Of a stretch of 64,000 bases of DNA, positions 62,989 to 64,000 are shown in pieces. Position 1 is the stretch's first letter; the number at the start of each line of letters is the position of its first letter. The DNA lies in IMG/VR virus record IMGVR_UViG_3300031867_000018, positions 45,016 to 109,015 of that record; one strand, 5' to 3'. The position numbers and the translations under genes were made by a program. The notes beneath the pieces were generated by a model. That model was not told where the DNA came from. It worked only from the letters and a program-made list of their open reading frames with translations, and did no database searches. The DNA is from a virus. Its lineage: Duplodnaviria > Caudoviricetes.

Positions 62989-63681
62989 GCTAACACCTCT
63001 TTTTTTTTGTTTTTTTATTTTTTTTATTGCCTTATCTCAACCTTTAAATCGTTAAAAGCTGAGTAAAGAAATAAATTTTTGACGTTTAGCCCGTCAACTG
63101 TTTTTTGCTCAAACTTGCGGTTTCTTTTCGGATCTGCCCCGTTGGCGTCCTGCCGATCTCCCCGATGTTTGCTTCTACCTCTGCCCGGATAGTATCGCCA
63201 TAAGGTCTGGGATCGCCTCGTTTTTGGTATCGTGGTTGATCTCCACGTCCAGCCGTTAGGCTGAAACACATATTAAATTTTTAAGGTACGATTGACTATA
63301 TCAACTTTTTATGATATAATCTTTGTGTTATGATCAAACAACCAACCTTGCAACCCCCCGCCGCAGCTTTTTTTTAAAAGCCCGTATAAAATCTTTCGAC
63401 TTCTGCCCGATGCCTATTTGCCTTGCTTGATTTTGTAAGTTAAGTATAGCACAGTATACAGCGCAAATCTATATGTAAGTTGCACAATGTATAGTTTGTT
63501 ATTGCGCTATGTATTGTGCATATTTTAGAATTTAAAAATTTATTGTTTATGTTGCACAATATACAGTGTTAAATTTAATAATTATATAATATTTGGTTGT
63601 ATAGTTTGTATACAATGTCAAAAAACAGAAATTATAAATAATGAATATTAGATAAATTACACAATAAAAAGAGGTGATCAA

Positions 63682-63909
63682 GTGATTAGATTTAAAAGAG
63701 GTTTGTTAGATATGCTTAAAGATAAAGGTTATAATACCAATTATTTAAGACAAAATCACCTATTAGGTCAAGCAACTATACAAAAATTGCGTACTTGTGC
63801 AGATGGTGACAACATCACCACGCAAACAATTAATACGATTTGTAATTTATTAAAATGTGACATATCAGATGTTCTTGAGTATGTGCCGGACTATGACGAG
63901 GATCGCTGA
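63682..63909 (+). CDS. Cro/C1-type HTH regulator
   Basis: GAGG RBS; 'TINTICNLLKCDISDVLEYVPD'. Confidence 0.8.
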   Translation: MIRFKRGLLDMLKDKGYNTNYLRQNHLLGQATIQKLRTCADGDNITTQTINTICNLLKCDISDVLEYVPDYDEDR

Positions 63910-64000
63910 CGGCATCGTGAAAGCATAGATATACATATGATATATCTTATGTGCCGGACTATGACGAGGATCGCTGACGGCATCGTGAAAGCATAGATAT
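63880..64000. repeat. Direct repeat with 68-bp period (53 bp identical up to the window edge)
   Basis: 63880-63932 is identical to 63948-64000. Confidence 0.85.

Noticed and set aside
63880-64000. Second CRISPR array
   Set aside because: The repeat is at least 53 bp, overlaps a gene end, and only two copies are visible.
1-64000. tRNA or rRNA genes
   Set aside because: No convincing cloverleaf/T-loop signatures or rRNA-like segments seen.

Overview
A 64-kb AT-rich segment of a large temperate phage with SPbeta-like organisation, probably infecting a Clostridia-type Firmicute (host inferred from gene content). Left to right: end of the tail module (+), an apparently intact attP with integrase/excisionase, and a long minus-strand arm. 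That arm carries nucleotide metabolism (dUTPase, nrdG, nrdD split by a group I intron with an HNH gene, glutaredoxin, gmk, thyX), a cluster of DNA methyltransferases, replication/recombination genes (DnaE with a mini-intein, primase-helicase, PD-(D/E)XK nuclease, SSB, AAA ATPase), a TnpB-like nuclease next to a CRISPR mini-array, a sigma factor, a CI-type switch, a small defence-like island, a replication initiator, a second tyrosine recombinase and many small early genes. Main observations: (1) a split, circularly permuted C5 methyltransferase whose target-recognition modules are an array of about 10 separate 45-60 aa mini-ORFs, several gated by poly-G tracts; (2) a 5-repeat CRISPR array (36-nt repeats, 30-nt spacers, ATTTGAG leader end) directly upstream of a TnpB-like gene, with no other cas genes in the window; (3) two tandem structured RNAs displaying anti-Shine-Dalgarno/anti-start-codon loops; (4) a hammerhead and a twister ribozyme in the early region; (5) a strand-biased TTTTCCGC motif cluster. 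All calls were made by eye; no database searches were run.
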